A DNA stretch of 64,000 nucleotides from Perkinsus chesapeaki ATCC PRA-425 (GCA_013115145.1 JAAPAO010000011.1:1-64000); one strand, 5' to 3'. Positions 11,291-24,639 are shown, counted from the first letter of the stretch. Numbers and translations: made by a program. The notes: generated from the letters alone by a model not told the origin.

Positions 11291-12613
11291 CTATGCCTTG
11301 AGGAGGATCTTTGTGTCTTCACTGAGGGGCGGCAACAAAGGGCTACGACATAGCGGGCAGGTCGGCTTCACTAGTTGCTGTATGAACCATCTGAATGACG
11401 ATGAGGCTGCTTAAAAGCTAGGGACTTATTCCGGCCTTACGCTCGGATGCAATCTTCATGGAAGCAATGCCCGCAGGGTAGCACTCGAATGCCGGGATCG
11501 TCACGGCAATCGGCGAGACAGATGGGACACTCAAACTGGCTCCCTCGTCTGAGCAGATAACCTTGGGGACGAGATTGAGAATCCGGATCATTCCCAGTTA
11601 TCTAATTTTTTGCTTTGAAAAGGGCATTATTTTACCCGACAGAATGCACGAAGGTGACTAGTGCCACTTTGAGGGAATATCATACATCAAAAATGCCACG
11701 AAATCAGGAGAAATCTCTTCGCCAATCATTCATCAGGCAATAGAAAGGATGTATATTTGATATCAGCCAGATGGCAATCGCACCAGCTTTAAGGATTTCC
11801 CTACAGTACGGGAAAGAGCTTTGCTCCGAGCGATTGAGGGAAATCAAAATTGGTTACACTGCACTGGATGTGGAATGGGAGATTCCAAAGCTCCTCATGT
11901 ACTAGTTGTCGCAATAAAATAAGACATAGCGTAAAATAAAGAGGTAATTGTTAAGAATGTACACGTCCAGTGTGGCTTATACTGTATTGTTATATATACA
12001 AAGATTCAGCCAAGCTTTGTGAAATATTGCCCGAGAGAAATATAGAACATCCAGTGAAACGCAAACTTCAACACTACCGAAAGGCGCTAAACACATTCCA
12101 TCTCGGTGTGAAATTTCATGTGCCTCAAAGCGCAGCTCTATCACCCTTTAGTACAGTAGGCCTTCATTCGAGGAGAAAACGCCACCATCATAATCATCGC
12201 CGTTGTAGGACTCAGTGCTAGAGCCAGTGCATAAGGAAACTAGGCTCATAATAGACCCCTGCGATTTTAGAGGAACCATCGACGGGCCTTTAGACGCTGC
12301 CTGAGATAATAAAAATGACACATGACACTGCTTAGCCTTCACCGTACTTGAGTTGTGTTTATGACTTTGGTTTTATCCATTAGTTCCTGCAGCCGAGCCT
12401 CTTGCTGCTCACGAGTGTCGCATCTCGGCGGCGCAGGGCTGTGGTACGGCGCTCGGAACACTAACCGACCGTTTCGTCGCTCCACGTATTTATACTGGAA
12501 AAGGGAAATGGTGGACAGAGGGAGGAGAGGAGGGTTACCCAGAGAACGACGAGGACTGTGGCAAATATTACAGCAATTATTATCGAGATAAAAGGCCAGC
12601 TATTGAAGGACAT
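11291..12613 (-). CDS. Membrane-anchored RING-H2 E3 ubiquitin ligase, multi-exon
   Basis: N-terminal TM segment MSFNSWPFISIIIAVIFATVLVVLW|YKY. C-terminal ECPICLADCRDDPGIRVLPCGHCFHEDCIRA|WFIQQLVKPTCPLCRSPLL is a complete C3H2C3 RING that is absent from the ORF track. Confidence 0.85.
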
Positions 12614-12853
12614 TATTAATTGAAAAACATATACCAAACTGAGCGGGCAAAGAATAACAACGTATAGGGGCGTGGGGAGTAAGGCTCCAAATATCTAAGT
12701 AACGCATGGTGACTGCGAAAAGTCCAGTTGTTGGGTTTCAGCGTTAGGGAAAAGCAAGTGAGTACAAGAGACGCAAGACTTATATGCCGAGCGACGAAGA
12801 GAAGTCCACCGAACTTGTGCCTTGAAAGCACTTGTAAGTTATTAACATGTTGA

Positions 12854-13162
12854 ATGGCCAGCCCTTCCCCATCGTCTAGGCCTCTATTAGAGGAAGCGCC
12901 TGATAGGCCTTTATCCCAATACCCCAGTATGGGTCTAAATAGTAGGCAGCTATGGCTGAGCCAGATATCAGTAATAGTAATGGCTCTACTGCTCACTGCG
13001 GTAACTGCCGTACTGTTTGTAATAGCCAGTCGGTGCTCCACTGCAAGAGCGTTCTCTGATCCGTGGTGTGAGCACATACCGACGCTCTTTATGCTGTGGA
13101 CGGCCGTATTTTGTGGCGCAGTGACGGCAGTATTTGTGGTCTACTATGGACGAATGAAGTAA
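12854..13162 (+). CDS. Small two-TM hypothetical membrane protein
   Basis: A 102-aa ATG-started ORF with two hydrophobic segments (ISVIVMALLLTAVTAVLFVIA and LFMLWTAVFCGAVTAVFVVYY). No family is recognised. Confidence 0.5.
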   Translation: MASPSPSSRPLLEEAPDRPLSQYPSMGLNSRQLWLSQISVIVMALLLTAVTAVLFVIASRCSTARAFSDPWCEHIPTLFMLWTAVFCGAVTAVFVVYYGRMK

Positions 13163-13583
13163 TAAGAAGCCTCAGTGTAGTATTCAATCCACCTGTGCCA
13201 TGAACCATTGTGTGATAATTTGTCTACCTTCGAAGGAATAGTGTTATCAATATCCGTGGATGGCACGCTTTTCCTGGGGCATTTGCCCCTTCGCTGCTCT
13301 GGCCCAGGATCACATCCGACGAATAGCTTCCAAGATCGTTTAGGTGTTCTCTTGCAGCGAGACTGTAGCATCATATTCATATCAGGAGTTGTGGGAAATG
13401 CGGTAGGCTACCGTGTCTATCTCGAGAAAAAGATATGTCCAAAGTGCCCAGCTGTAAATGCAGTACCAGGTATTTTGGAATGTATTTTAGTAGTTAGTGC
13501 ATTTTGTGGTAGTTGCAATTCCACTGAGCAATATCCCTTCAGCACTTCTCCCAACGGTTAGCAAGCCACATCAGTTGTTTTTA

Positions 13584-14457
13584 ATGTATAATAATGTCTC
13601 ATGCTTTCATCGATGTTCTGCCGTTTCGGTCATTCAAAGACGGTTTAAAATTAGTATCAGAGAAAAGGACCTGGAAAAGCACTTCACAAGAAGTCCGGGT
13701 CCAGGCGGCCAAAATGTGAATGCGGTAATGAGGTGCTGAGCGTACCCTTCCAGACTGGTGCTGCATATCAGTCACATACGAGATGTCAGCTTATACTGGA
13801 CTTTGCGAAATGCGCAAGTTGGCTGCCGGAGCAGGTTGTAGTGAATTTGAGGTAGTATGGGTTATTTTGTTAAGTCTATAATGACACCATATGAGTCTAA
13901 GTCTTGCCGTATCGAAGTTAATCATTTATATGTCATTTGTTTTACCACCAACAAGGTTTATCCACGGTCATAATGGGTTTGCCTTTTTTACAATAACCGA
14001 TGCCATTAGTATACTAAACATAGTGGTAGTACCAAGGTAAATTGTATTATTTTATAATGATATAGAAGAGTATGTTATCTTCAGGAAGCTAGAGGCAAGA
14101 TCGGGTACGCTAACTAGGAGCGGAAATGCTATAATGATAACCTGTCACGAAACACGGTCACAAATATCCAATTATGACAGAGCACTTCGAACGCTGCAGC
14201 AGAAACTGGATGCAGCTGAGGCTTATAAGGAGGTTGGTGATTCGAGTCGACAGGGGTGGTGACAGGGTTTTCAGGAAGAGAAATTGGAGTTTGGTGACTG
14301 GTTGAAGACTGTTAAAACTGAAGAGGAAATTCAGGAGTAGGAAAGTCTAGTTGGCGGTGTTGCTAGTGTGGGCTGCTGAAGGTACCATGAATATAATAGG
14401 AAAAGACGAGGTAAAGATAAGCAGCATAGAAAGATGAAAAAAGAGCTTAAATACTAA
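13584..14457 (+). CDS. ICT1: Organellar peptidyl-tRNA hydrolase, ICT1/ArfB-like (RF-1 GGQ domain), multi-exon
   Basis: DLEKHFTRSPGPGGQNVNA, then IMITCHETRSQISNYDRALRTLQQKL, and a basic tail NRKRRGKDKQHRKMKKELKY*. The start codon is tentative. Confidence 0.8.
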
Positions 14458-14611
14458 CTCCATGGATTCGGTGACGTTTCTGAGTGTTACGGTGTTGCGT
14501 CCGTAAAGAGTGTGCGCATGCGTGCATACCGTATCTTGCGCTGTCGGCACAACTTTAAGTGTATACCCGGGACACGATCATACGAGTACATATATCTCTC
14601 GCATATTTTTC

Positions 14612-15330
14612 ATGCTGTCTCGCATTGCATTATCGTCCCGAGCTGTCCTACCTAAGGCTACCGCTGCTATAGCGACCCGCTCATTCGCTTCAACTGCGGC
14701 GCATTGCTCTTTTCCGGGTACACTTAACGGTCCTGTCTGCTACGAGGACGACATAGCTCATGTTCAGGTAGGGGGTGATGGGTTCAATTCATCGTGCTAC
14801 TGTAGAGTGTACTGCATACAATTTATAGGTGTATTGGGGTAGCATAGCTGTTCATCTCGCAGACTTAATAGATTTTTCTGTAGTTGTGTCTGATTTCCCG
14901 TAATAGTTGTAGAGGTAGTGGTAGGGCTCACCAACGGTTCAAGTCATTTCGTATGCAGCCGTATTATATTTTATTGATGTATTGACTTCCTCTTATTTTG
15001 TCTCTTTATTATGTTTGATAATTTTCACTTTTCACACCGTGAATCACACGTACTGGTCAAATCCAATACCAAATCAACTTTGATTCGTATATAACCATCC
15101 TCTTCCTCGTTGATATACATATAATAACCTATTCTCGACCGCTACTTCACCACCTTTCTGATAGTACAAAAGCCTAAGGTCTGAGGTGCATTAAGTTACT
15201 GTATAGGCTTCAGACAGGCAGGGATGGTGATCAGGTTAATAACGGGTACAGCAAGAAGTATGCCGAAGGTTGGGAGCGCATTTTTGGAAAGGAGAAGAGC
15301 GAAGGCGGCAAAAAGGGAAACAAGAAATAA
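14612..15330 (+). CDS. Small putative mitochondrial protein ending in a YSKKYAEGWERIFGK motif
   Basis: It has an Arg/Ala/Ser-rich presequence-like N-terminus (MLSRIALSSRAVLPKATAAIATRSFAST), a roughly 440 nt AT-rich intron, and a final exon LQTGRDGDQVNNGYSKKYAEGWERIFGKEKSEGGKKGNKK*. Confidence 0.6.
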
Positions 15331-15768
15331 ATACACTTTGTTAAAAACCAACTGTTACATTGACACTGCTACATCTGTTCCTTGAGCACTTAGTGGTTTG
15401 CGTTTAATCTGTGCACTGTATCCATACTCATGATATAGCGTATAATCTTATCTAAATTATATATTATTTGGTTAGCATCAAATAACAGTGATCTGCAATC
15501 AATAATATTATATCATTATTTTCAATGTTTTTCTCCTAGAGCACTCCTTCCACCGGACTCCTAACAGTAACCTATATAGTAGTATAGCCGCGGGTTCGGT
15601 TAGTAACCGACGGTTAATCGTGAAAATTGTTATGCTTGCTCGTCCTAAGCATTTCCATACATTTGTTTAATATATGGGGAAATCTTGTATTTGTCTTTTT
15701 TGTCCATGGTTTTATATTCGCGTATTAATTGATAACTATACATAACAGTTGCCTGCTTGCTTTCAACT

Positions 15769-18700
15769 ATGGCGGAAGTACCGCTGTCAGCGTCCAATGT
15801 AGTGGCGGCACTAAACGCTTCGATATCGACAGATGCTGCTATGAGAGGGATGGCTGTTCAACAGCTCCAGCGGTGGGAGGCTGCACCGGGGTAGTAGGGG
15901 GATGATTGGTGAGCTGAAGGGACAGGACACTTCCTAAATCGAATGCAGTAGAGTTGAAACGGTGTGCAGCTTCGTAATAGCGTTTTTGATATGGACTTTA
16001 GTACTGAGCTGCTTCCTCATGTTACAGTATTATTTTTACCTTTATTTCGGGTCTCGAAATTTCTGTCATACTATTTAATATCGAGTGCTTTTCGGGGTAC
16101 TGGGAGTATTGAACTGAGTTGGATAGGCAGGCCTACCAGTCAGGGGCCCTGCCGCTGGGTGGGGTATGCCGATTGCAACTGCGCAACTGCTCAATCATAG
16201 AGCTCATATCTACCGATCATCCTTTTTGGACGCTGCTCTACATGCGTTCGTATACATCTACATACAGACCTTTATTATGCATATAGACGGCGGGGGCGGC
16301 GGCCGGCATACCTTTATTATGCATATAGACGGTACCTGACACTTCCATGTAAGGTATGCCTTGATGCTTCTTGAGATCTACCTTGACGCCAGCACCGATT
16401 CACAGTCGAAGTTCCTTGCTATTACAATGTGCAAGAATACAGTAAGCTTGTCCAAACAGCTCCAGCGATCGGTCATTATTCAGGTTGGTCGTAATTGGCA
16501 GCCTCGGTCATCTCATTCGATCAGCCAGCAGGAACGGGATCAGTTCAAGCGCAGAGTAGTACCGTTGCCATTTGCTTGGAAAACGGGTCCACTTGTCAGC
16601 TGGTTGAAGTATTGTGTAACACTGACCCCTCCCGTATCCAGCACCTTGCTGAGTTTATCCTACTCCTGCGTAAGGTGTGCCGCTCCGAATTCCCAGCTAA
16701 GTGGCCGGAGATGGTCAACTGGGCAACAAGTAAGTGGAAATCCTGGCACGATGGGACTTATCGTTTCTAGGCTCCGTCAGATCGTTAGCCGCTAACATAG
16801 CTGGGATACCTCGTGACCAAGCGCTGGGGCTACTGAGGATCGTCCACGGTGTTGTGAAGGAGCAACAGACCAAGAAGTTGCTGAGCGCCAGGAAGCAGAC
16901 CTTCGAGATTGCCCCACACATACTGGAGGGGCTCTTGCCTGTGTGGCAGCACTTTTCTGGTAGGAATGCGGTCCGGGGTGATGGCTTATCTTTTGGTAGG
17001 TGCAACGTCTGATTGGGAGCTCTGTCGTGTGGTGGATGGTACTACGTTGATACTCTTGTGCATTGGCTTCCAAAAGCTCTATCTTGTGCCATCTGGTCTC
17101 AACATAGTATCAAGTGTGTTCCAAAGGTTAATGCTAGTGGTAAGCCCGTAGTCGTTGTTCTGGAGCACCAGCGTTTGATGGACAACTTACAATGACCGAT
17201 GCTTTTCAATATTACAGCTTTTCCACGAAGCATGTTGTATTCTAGAAAATCTTCACGATCTGTGCGTCTTTTGCTGTATTGCGTCGGTAGCCCTTTCGGG
17301 GAGTTTTTGTTCCCTGCAACCGCGACCATCATCACGTCGTTTTACTCGGCTCATTACGGCATCGCAACTCCAGTCCGGGTTTTATTTGATATCTGGTAGG
17401 TGAATGAATACCCGAAAAGCTTCAAAGACCCTTATTACGAGAAGGACTTGAAGACACTGTTGAAGTGGTTTGCACAGATTGTCCACACCCATCCACTTGC
17501 ACTAGCCGATTGCGGCGTCGACAAGATGCTCACTGTGATACTTGGTAAGATTATGAAGCTTTGCTTTACCAGATGGATAGACCGTCATTAGCTCCTGGCA
17601 GCGGTTGGATCAACAAGAAGGATATGCCGGACTTCTTCGATCGTTATCTTATTAACATTGTCCAGTACTGCATGAACTGTACAGCTTATCGTAAGGGTAT
17701 CAGTAACGTTACGGCCAGTCAAGCAGAGGACGAGCAAGTGCGGCAAAAGCTGGTAAGATTCATCAGGTTGAGGACTGCGCCGTCGTTGTTCATTGGATTT
17801 GAGGAGTCAGATAGGTGCAGAGGATGGATGTTGCGCATTAGTGTGACATCGTTATGTAGCTGCTTTATCAGTAGGAGCTTCCTAGTAGGAGCATTTTCTT
17901 ATCAACTGTTACATTTCCTTCGTATCACTAGTGACATATTTCCTATCAAACTCCCTATATTATATCTCCTCCTCCGTATCACTACTAACACTTCCCCAAG
18001 GGGCTAGATGACCACTGATTGGATTGCCTGCCTAGACTCCTCGGTTATTTGCTTTTGGCTTTGTCCTCGTTCACGACCAAACTGCCCAATATGAACTCAG
18101 ATATCAACCCTTCATCCCCAATTCATGAGCTATATTACCAACTCCGGCGGCCTCGGCTCCGCCATTGTCGAGCCTGTTATCAATGCTGGTCTCTGCGTGG
18201 ATGAGCAGAATCTCAGAGACTGGTTTGAAGACCCTGACGAGTATCTCACTGGTAGCTCCTATCAACGATACTTTCACTCTGCCAATGTGCTGCCATACAG
18301 GTCCACCGTGTGTCGCTACCGATCTCCGACTAGCAACGGAGGCTTGCCTGCTAGCCGCCCAACAGGACCCCTTCACTGAGGCTCTGGCGGAGTACGTGGC
18401 AGCTGCCGCCAATGGCCTCGTGCAGTGTAGGGATGGAGCTGTGCTTTGTGATTCGACCATGTCCCTTTTCAGCTTTGGCGCAATTGGCGAACGCATTCTC
18501 AGCGGCCGATGCTGTTCGTTGTGATGCTGTGGTATCACTGTTGAACCTGTACCATACTATCTTACGGAAAATAGGCGAGAACGAGACCGACCCCAATAAG
18601 CGGTAAGTGTTCCCTTGGGGTACCAACTGGAGGCGATGGGGGTGTGAACTTCGCCATCCTCATCATGAAGATTCGTATCTGAAATTCCTTATGGAACCTC

Positions 18701-21700
18701 TCAGATCTGTGCCGCAATTTCGCACGAAATCTGTCGGAGGTTTGGTCTTAGAAACTTCGGAGGCGCTGAAGTTTTCTACTGGCTGGAAGAATACACTACC
18801 CACAACTCCTCCGATGGGCACATTAAATCTATGTCTCGGATTCAGATACGCCTCAGTGATTGTTGATCGAATCGCCGTACCTATATTGCAACTGCCGCCA
18901 ACTCAGCCTTATGTTGTCCTATTGAAATACCGTATCATGATGGTAAACTGCGAGAGGCCAGTGTTGTCCCTTCATTCTCTGGTTCAGCTTCTCCGGACAT
19001 GGGCAGGAGAGCTTGCAACATCCCAGCGAGTTGAAGTGGCTGTGGGGGCCATGGGTAGATGCTTGGAATCAAACCAAGAGCATCCTGGGGTAACCAGAGG
19101 GATTTTGCTTGTGATTCTCAAACAGTGTGTCTTCGTTGGAGATATATGTATATATATAAGATATTTCCCGTTTGGTGCGAGGAGGGTAAAAAATTTCAAC
19201 CTGTACTTGATTTAGTATATTTCGACCATCTCGTAGAATAAACAGTTATTAGCTACTTCACTGGGTAGCGACTGTATAAGCTGTAGCGTGGGCAAACCAT
19301 GAGAGAATGGCAGCGACTGTTTCGGTCGCGGACAGGGGGGACCTAGAGTACTCTATGTCTCACGGAGCCTTGCTAGCTTCTAGATAACGGCAACAACATC
19401 CCGGAAGGGCCTCTACATTAGATATAGCGTCGGCCAAAATTTGCCGAGAGGGGCTCGAAGTAGTTGCAAGTCAAACAAGAAATGACTAATATCTTTTCGT
19501 CTATCATTTTACCAATTCGATACCAAGTTTATTGCTACTTAAGGTAACCTCCTTTTCAAGGTGTGGAATTATCTGACTAAGATCCCATATTGGTTACTAT
19601 ACCATTATTAAACGTAGTATTCTCTACGGCTCCTTCCCCGTAGGTTCGGTTCCAAGCAGTGCTGAGTCTACGTTCCTTATTTGACCGTGATCCTGAGCAT
19701 CCTGTGTGGGTGTCCAACGGCCTTCTACGCGGTATCATTGGCCGAGCTATGGACATGCTTGGGTCATCTGGTGGTGTCAATGTAAGTCCGAGTCTCTCGC
19801 TCAATGCCCTATGTTTTGTTTCGAGGTACCTGAGGCACAGTGGCGGCTTCTGACTGCGGTGACGAGCTTCGTGAATGAGAGTGAGCTCAGCGATGCGCTG
19901 CAGATGCCACTATTGCAGAAACTGGTACCACCTTGATCCGTTAGTGAGCCCACTGTCTGTCAGGTTGATCTCTGGCGTAGTCCCAGTACAGATGAGCTGG
20001 TAAAGTTTGCCCTCTTGGACCTGGTCAAGGGACTCCTAGCTAATTATTATTCGGCCTCTACTGTGAGAAGATTTCCCCATTCTCGATTGCACCGGTACGA
20101 TTCCATTTTAGTATTCTATTGGTAAGGAGCTGAAGACCTATCCAGCTGTGATTGAGTGTAGCCTAACTATTGCCATGGATGCCTCTGGCCTCGCTCCCAA
20201 CCAGCGTAGGCTATACAGAAGCCTCCTGTGCAGCGAACTGGCGTTATGTCAGCACCTTACCCTTCCTCGACTGGGTCTAGTCCCACCTGTTCTCCGCTAA
20301 GAGTTGGCCGATCTCAGCCAAATCCACCTCCGCCATCGCCGGTTAACCAAGGTAAGTCTGGCGATCAAGCTTGCTCCTGAGTCTATATATCAGCTACCAT
20401 AACAGGAGCGTTGTCGGCAACACAGGGAGCATGCTCTACTATTAAGGAAGCCGGCCTGGCTCTGTTGGTCAGTGTGCTCCGGGCTGTGCGAGGCGAGGAT
20501 CAGGTAAAATGTGTTCGCAGGGTAGAAAACCTGAAGCTTCTCTATCAGGTGTCCCACGTCTTGCCGCTCTTCTCGCAGTGCCTTACCCGATTCTCACCAG
20601 AGATTGTTGAGAGTAAGTCGACCAAATAAAGTTTCAATGCAGTATAATTTTTGCAGGCCCCGAATTGAACGAAGTGGATATCGATCTCATCACTGAGTTT
20701 GTTGCACTGCATCTCCTACCCGACTACAACCCTAATGCCGCTGAGGCGGTTAAGTCGAATCCTCGGCAACAGTTCTCTCCGCAAGGAGCAGAAGCCTTAT
20801 CACATCACTCCGAGGCAATCGCCAGAGGAATTAAACAGGTGGATGTTTCCAAACATTTTTACTTTGTTTCATGTCGTGCCTCAGCATCTCCAGCATCGAA
20901 TAGATCTATATTCCCAAGATCCCACCATGAACGCCCCGAAGGCCGCTGACGATCGGCTAGCGGATAAAGTATTTCGGTAAGTAGCCCTTCTTTAAGTGAT
21001 CGGAGTCGTGACTTGCAGGTTGGTTCGTATGCTATTAGTCGTTGATGGCCGGCTAGTGGATCAAATCGTTTTCCCACTCTACCAGGTAGGCTCTTCTGGC
21101 CGCCTGTAGTTCTTATGGACTCTCAGCACTTCATCACCTTCTTCCCAGCAGATCGATCGTCAAGCAGGTCGTCCTCCGCACCACTCTATCCGTGAGCTCA
21201 GCCAGTGTGAACCACTTGTCATTTGATTAAACAGGTTCCGGGAAGAGCCTTTGCTGATGACATTCGCAACTGCTATGGCGCACCACCCTCAGAAGTTCCT
21301 AGCGCTCGCAGCCAGTGGTGGACTAGAGTCTGTGGCAGTGGGAGCCCAGAAGATCATGGGATGTAAGTGCAATCGTTCTGAGGGAACTTCTTATGGTGTT
21401 GATCATCACTTAGTGATGCCACTGGGCGAGCGAGGCTCTACGTCTCCTTCTCGGAGAAGTACTGCTCTACTTGCTCGATCGTTTGTCTTCATTGTCGTCA
21501 TTTAGGCTATTTGCTGCCGTCGGTTAACCAGCGATGTTTGGTTTTAGCTGTGCCGTTGATGCTGTTGTCTGCAGTTGCGGATAGCAGGGTTTTGGGCGCG
21601 GATGCCAAAGGCTTGTGGGTGTCCCTGTGGAATCAGGTAGGCGGCCTTGATTCGAATAAAGCTGTTATGTTTCCTCTTTTGTCAGTTGGATTGCCTTGTA

Positions 21701-22148
21701 GACCAGGTTGAAGCCAGTCAGGCTAAGGCTGGCGGTTCGTCGGGTGTGAGCGGGCTGCTCACATCTACTCTCCGAGAGCTCCGATCGAAGGTGCCTTCCC
21801 ATGCGAAAATGCCGTAAGGGATTCTTTCCCCAAAATTCGTGACCGGACATGCCCTTAATGCCTTTAGGTACCCCTACAGAGTTAGTGCTTGCATGATAGC
21901 GTCCAGCTTGCCGCCAGATGTGCTACATGCTCAAGATCAGGATATGCTGGAGTGGCTCCTGAAAGTTGCTGTGAGAGTGGTATGCTCGTCGATATGTTAG
22001 AGTTGATCGCTATACTCGACTAACTGTATCTCAGGTCACTACATTCGATCAACGGCTCGGCAACGGTGCAGGCCAAGCTCTGCTCAGCTTCATCGAATCT
22101 GATAGGCTTACTCAAGTCGTTGGACAAGTTGCTTCTTCATCTACGTAA
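15769..22148 (+). CDS. IPO11: Importin-beta family karyopherin, most like importin-11 (KAP120), more than 25 exons
   Basis: IBN_N-like start (VVAALNASISTDAAMRGMAVQQLQRWEAAPG), then SKFLAITMCKNT, LLLRKVCRSEFPAKWPEM and DEQNLRDWFEDPDEY, with HEAT-like helical exons running to a stop at 22148. Confidence 0.75.
16268..16332 (+). repeat. 23-bp perfect direct repeat flanking a 19-nt GC-rich spacer in an IPO11 intron
   Basis: ACCTTTATTATGCATATAGACGG occurs at 16268-16290 and 16310-16332, with spacer CGGGGGCGGCGGCCGGCAT. Confidence 0.9.
18603..19560. mobile_element. Oversized (958 nt) IPO11 intron containing a transposon-related dispersed repeat
   Basis: The intron runs gtaag (18603) to ttttcaag (19560), against a usual 40-60 nt. 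Segment 18983-19116 aligns without gaps to 24915-25048 (about 21 mismatches in 134 nt by hand count). Confidence 0.6.
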
Positions 22149-23528
22149 TCATTGATCGCCTTAATTATGTGTTTCTATAAAAGAAAAATTTGACACTCCA
22201 AATGCGTTGTTAATTAAAAGGTCCTTCAAATGAGAATAACTCTTCCTGTCATGTCAGCATTACCGGTCGTGCAATGTTTCGATGAGCGAGAGTAGAAGCG
22301 CCTTATCTAGGTTGCATTATGTGGAGCGATGAGCACAGAATTCGAAGACTTTGAAAAAGCGAAGGACTGGGAAAGGCGTCAGTTCTCATTCGCTAGAATA
22401 GACCGAATACTCCTCGTCATGAGTGGATTGTTCAGATAGCGATCCAGAAAACCTCATGCGACACTCTCAGTAACTGTCCGGGCGCTATTAGGACTCGAAA
22501 GGAGAGTTGCTAGCTCGCAGGGCCTCTAATATAATCGGGTGAGGGATGTGAGGTAACAATTATAGACCTTGCAAAATTTATCCGACATCCTCATAGCGAC
22601 ATACTCCTCCTTCTCAATACGTAATGACAGTTGCCTAGCTTATTAGCCACTTTGGAGTCCTATCGGCTTCTTACCTTTCGACGACTTCCCAAACTTGTCC
22701 GTAGCGGACGTCGCTCAACTAAGAGTTGGAGTTCCCCCAGCGTTGGTAAGATATCTGGTAGTAATGTGGAACCACTGCGTTGCCTCCTCGTTTTCAACGA
22801 GAGTAGCATAGCGGAGAGATTCTGAAAGTAGGGAGCCGAGTTTAAGCTTTCTGATAGGAATCGGTCATTGATCTTGGAGTGCGCAAACACATATGGGCGT
22901 TCATAATGGCACAGTCAGTTTTACAGGCTTTGTAGTTTTGTTATGTTCTTCTACAGGCCTTAAGCTGAATGGTTGAATACCACGATAAATCATAACTGGC
23001 AATATGTCACATAATCTATGTGGTATAATTATCGTACTATAATATATATAACTTCTACTTCCAATACGTCAAGTGGAACATTGATGATTCGCGGCCAGTA
23101 GAGGCGTGGTAGCTGAGTTACATTCCGCTAGCGGGCGAGCAGCCACATGAACTGGCGCCAAGACTGAGGAACGCAACAATGGGACTATACTCGATTGACA
23201 GGAGGGCTTTCAGGAAGGCTCTTGCGCCAAGGCTAGCTAAGATGCGATTGACGAGCTGTTTTGACACTGAGGAGCACACCGAGCCTTCTCGGCTCCGGGC
23301 ATTGCTTGTGCCTGCTAGTACATTATCGAAACTAGGACATACGATTCGTAGTTTGTCGAGCTTCGGAAGCTCGAGAAACTACGAAGGAGAAAAAATAAGG
23401 CACGTGCCATATATCATTTATTGAGTATCTCTTACTGAACCAGGTTCAGTGAACCTTCTTTTGAGGAGAGGGATGAAAGAATTGAGGGGGTATTGGGATA
23501 TGTATAATATTATCTCAAATTGTGCATG

Positions 23529-23969
23529 TTAAATAATGGAGAAAGATGGCCCGATATAAACGTAACGAGATACCCCTTTTTTCCAATACATAAGAATGGT
23601 ATTACTTGGGTGGTAGAACGTCAGCTGCTTGAGAGTCATCTCAGATTGCATCCTTCTAAAGATAAGTTCGAGTTCGGGCGGCACGGGCTGCACCGAATTC
23701 AGAGTTATAATCCCATCAGAGCTTATACCATAGTGAGCAGAAAAGTAGTACCGCTTGGCGAGATCGTAGTACAGGACAAACGTGAGGTTGCACTGACCAG
23801 TCGGCGAGCTCGCGAAGCGGAGTTCACGGACAGGGACGCTCTCAGCAGTCGAGCTAAAGTTGAATCCATATGCACCAAATAAGCACCCAGGGCGTGTCGG
23901 CTCAGCCGCAAAAGCAGACGAGGTGGCTAAGACGCTGATGAGGCATGCGATGGTGGGGAAAGTTGCCAT
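23529..23969 (-). CDS. Secreted hypothetical protein (signal peptide, beta-rich, intronless)
   Basis: A 146-aa ORF with a clear signal peptide (MATFPTIACLISVLATSSAFA|AEP). No family is recognised. Confidence 0.65.
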   Translation of the reverse strand: MATFPTIACLISVLATSSAFAAEPTRPGCLFGAYGFNFSSTAESVPVRELRFASSPTGQCNLTFVLYYDLAKRYYFSAHYGISSDGIITLNSVQPVPPELELIFRRMQSEMTLKQLTFYHPSNTILMYWKKGVSRYVYIGPSFSII

Positions 23970-24639
23970 TTGAGCTGACAGGAAATGTCCACTGTTAAGG
24001 AGGTGAGCTCTCGTGAATAAAGCAGCTCGATAGTGGAGACGCCGTACACCTGACGCGTGCTATCATGTAGAAAGGCTCGAAGTACGCCATCAACAAGCAG
24101 CAGAATTTTGGATGCGGCTCCAGGTTGGTTACTCTGTGGTAGCAATCTCACTTTGTGATACAGGCGGGAAGTGAGATCCACGAAGCGGATCCATGGAGCG
24201 CTACAAGGCAAGAGCGCTCCAGAAAAAACATCGAACCACTCGGTAGTGATAGTAAAACGAACAAACAGATGAAGTCGCATGTTGGAATAGGTTTTCTCAA
24301 CTGCGGTTGAATGCAGATCTTACGCAGTGTGAAAAGCAACTCACATTAGTAATTCATACAGAAACTTCACACCAAAGGAAAGGCTGGTCAGTTTAGACGA
24401 CTACGATTGAGAGGGCAATCCAAGGGCTGGCAGCATCGGCGCAGGTCCGCGATGCTTACGACGCTCCTTCCTTAGTTGTCGTATCTCTTCGAGTGTCACA
24501 CCTTCAACACTTAACCTTTATCACTCGAGATACTTCCTGGCTGATCTGAAGTGCTTTCGTATCAGCAGGAGCGTAAGATCTGCGAGTCGGTGAGAGTCCT
24601 CCACCCGCAGCGGGTGACCCGCTGAACGAATACCGCTGA

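Noticed and set aside
18607-19215. 202-aa ORF
   Set aside because: It begins at an intron donor, lies wholly within the oversized IPO11 intron and overlaps repeat-derived sequence.
22200-23480. Short ORFs between IPO11 and the secreted orphan
   Set aside because: No recognisable motifs or consistent splice structure. Probably decayed repeat or intergenic DNA.
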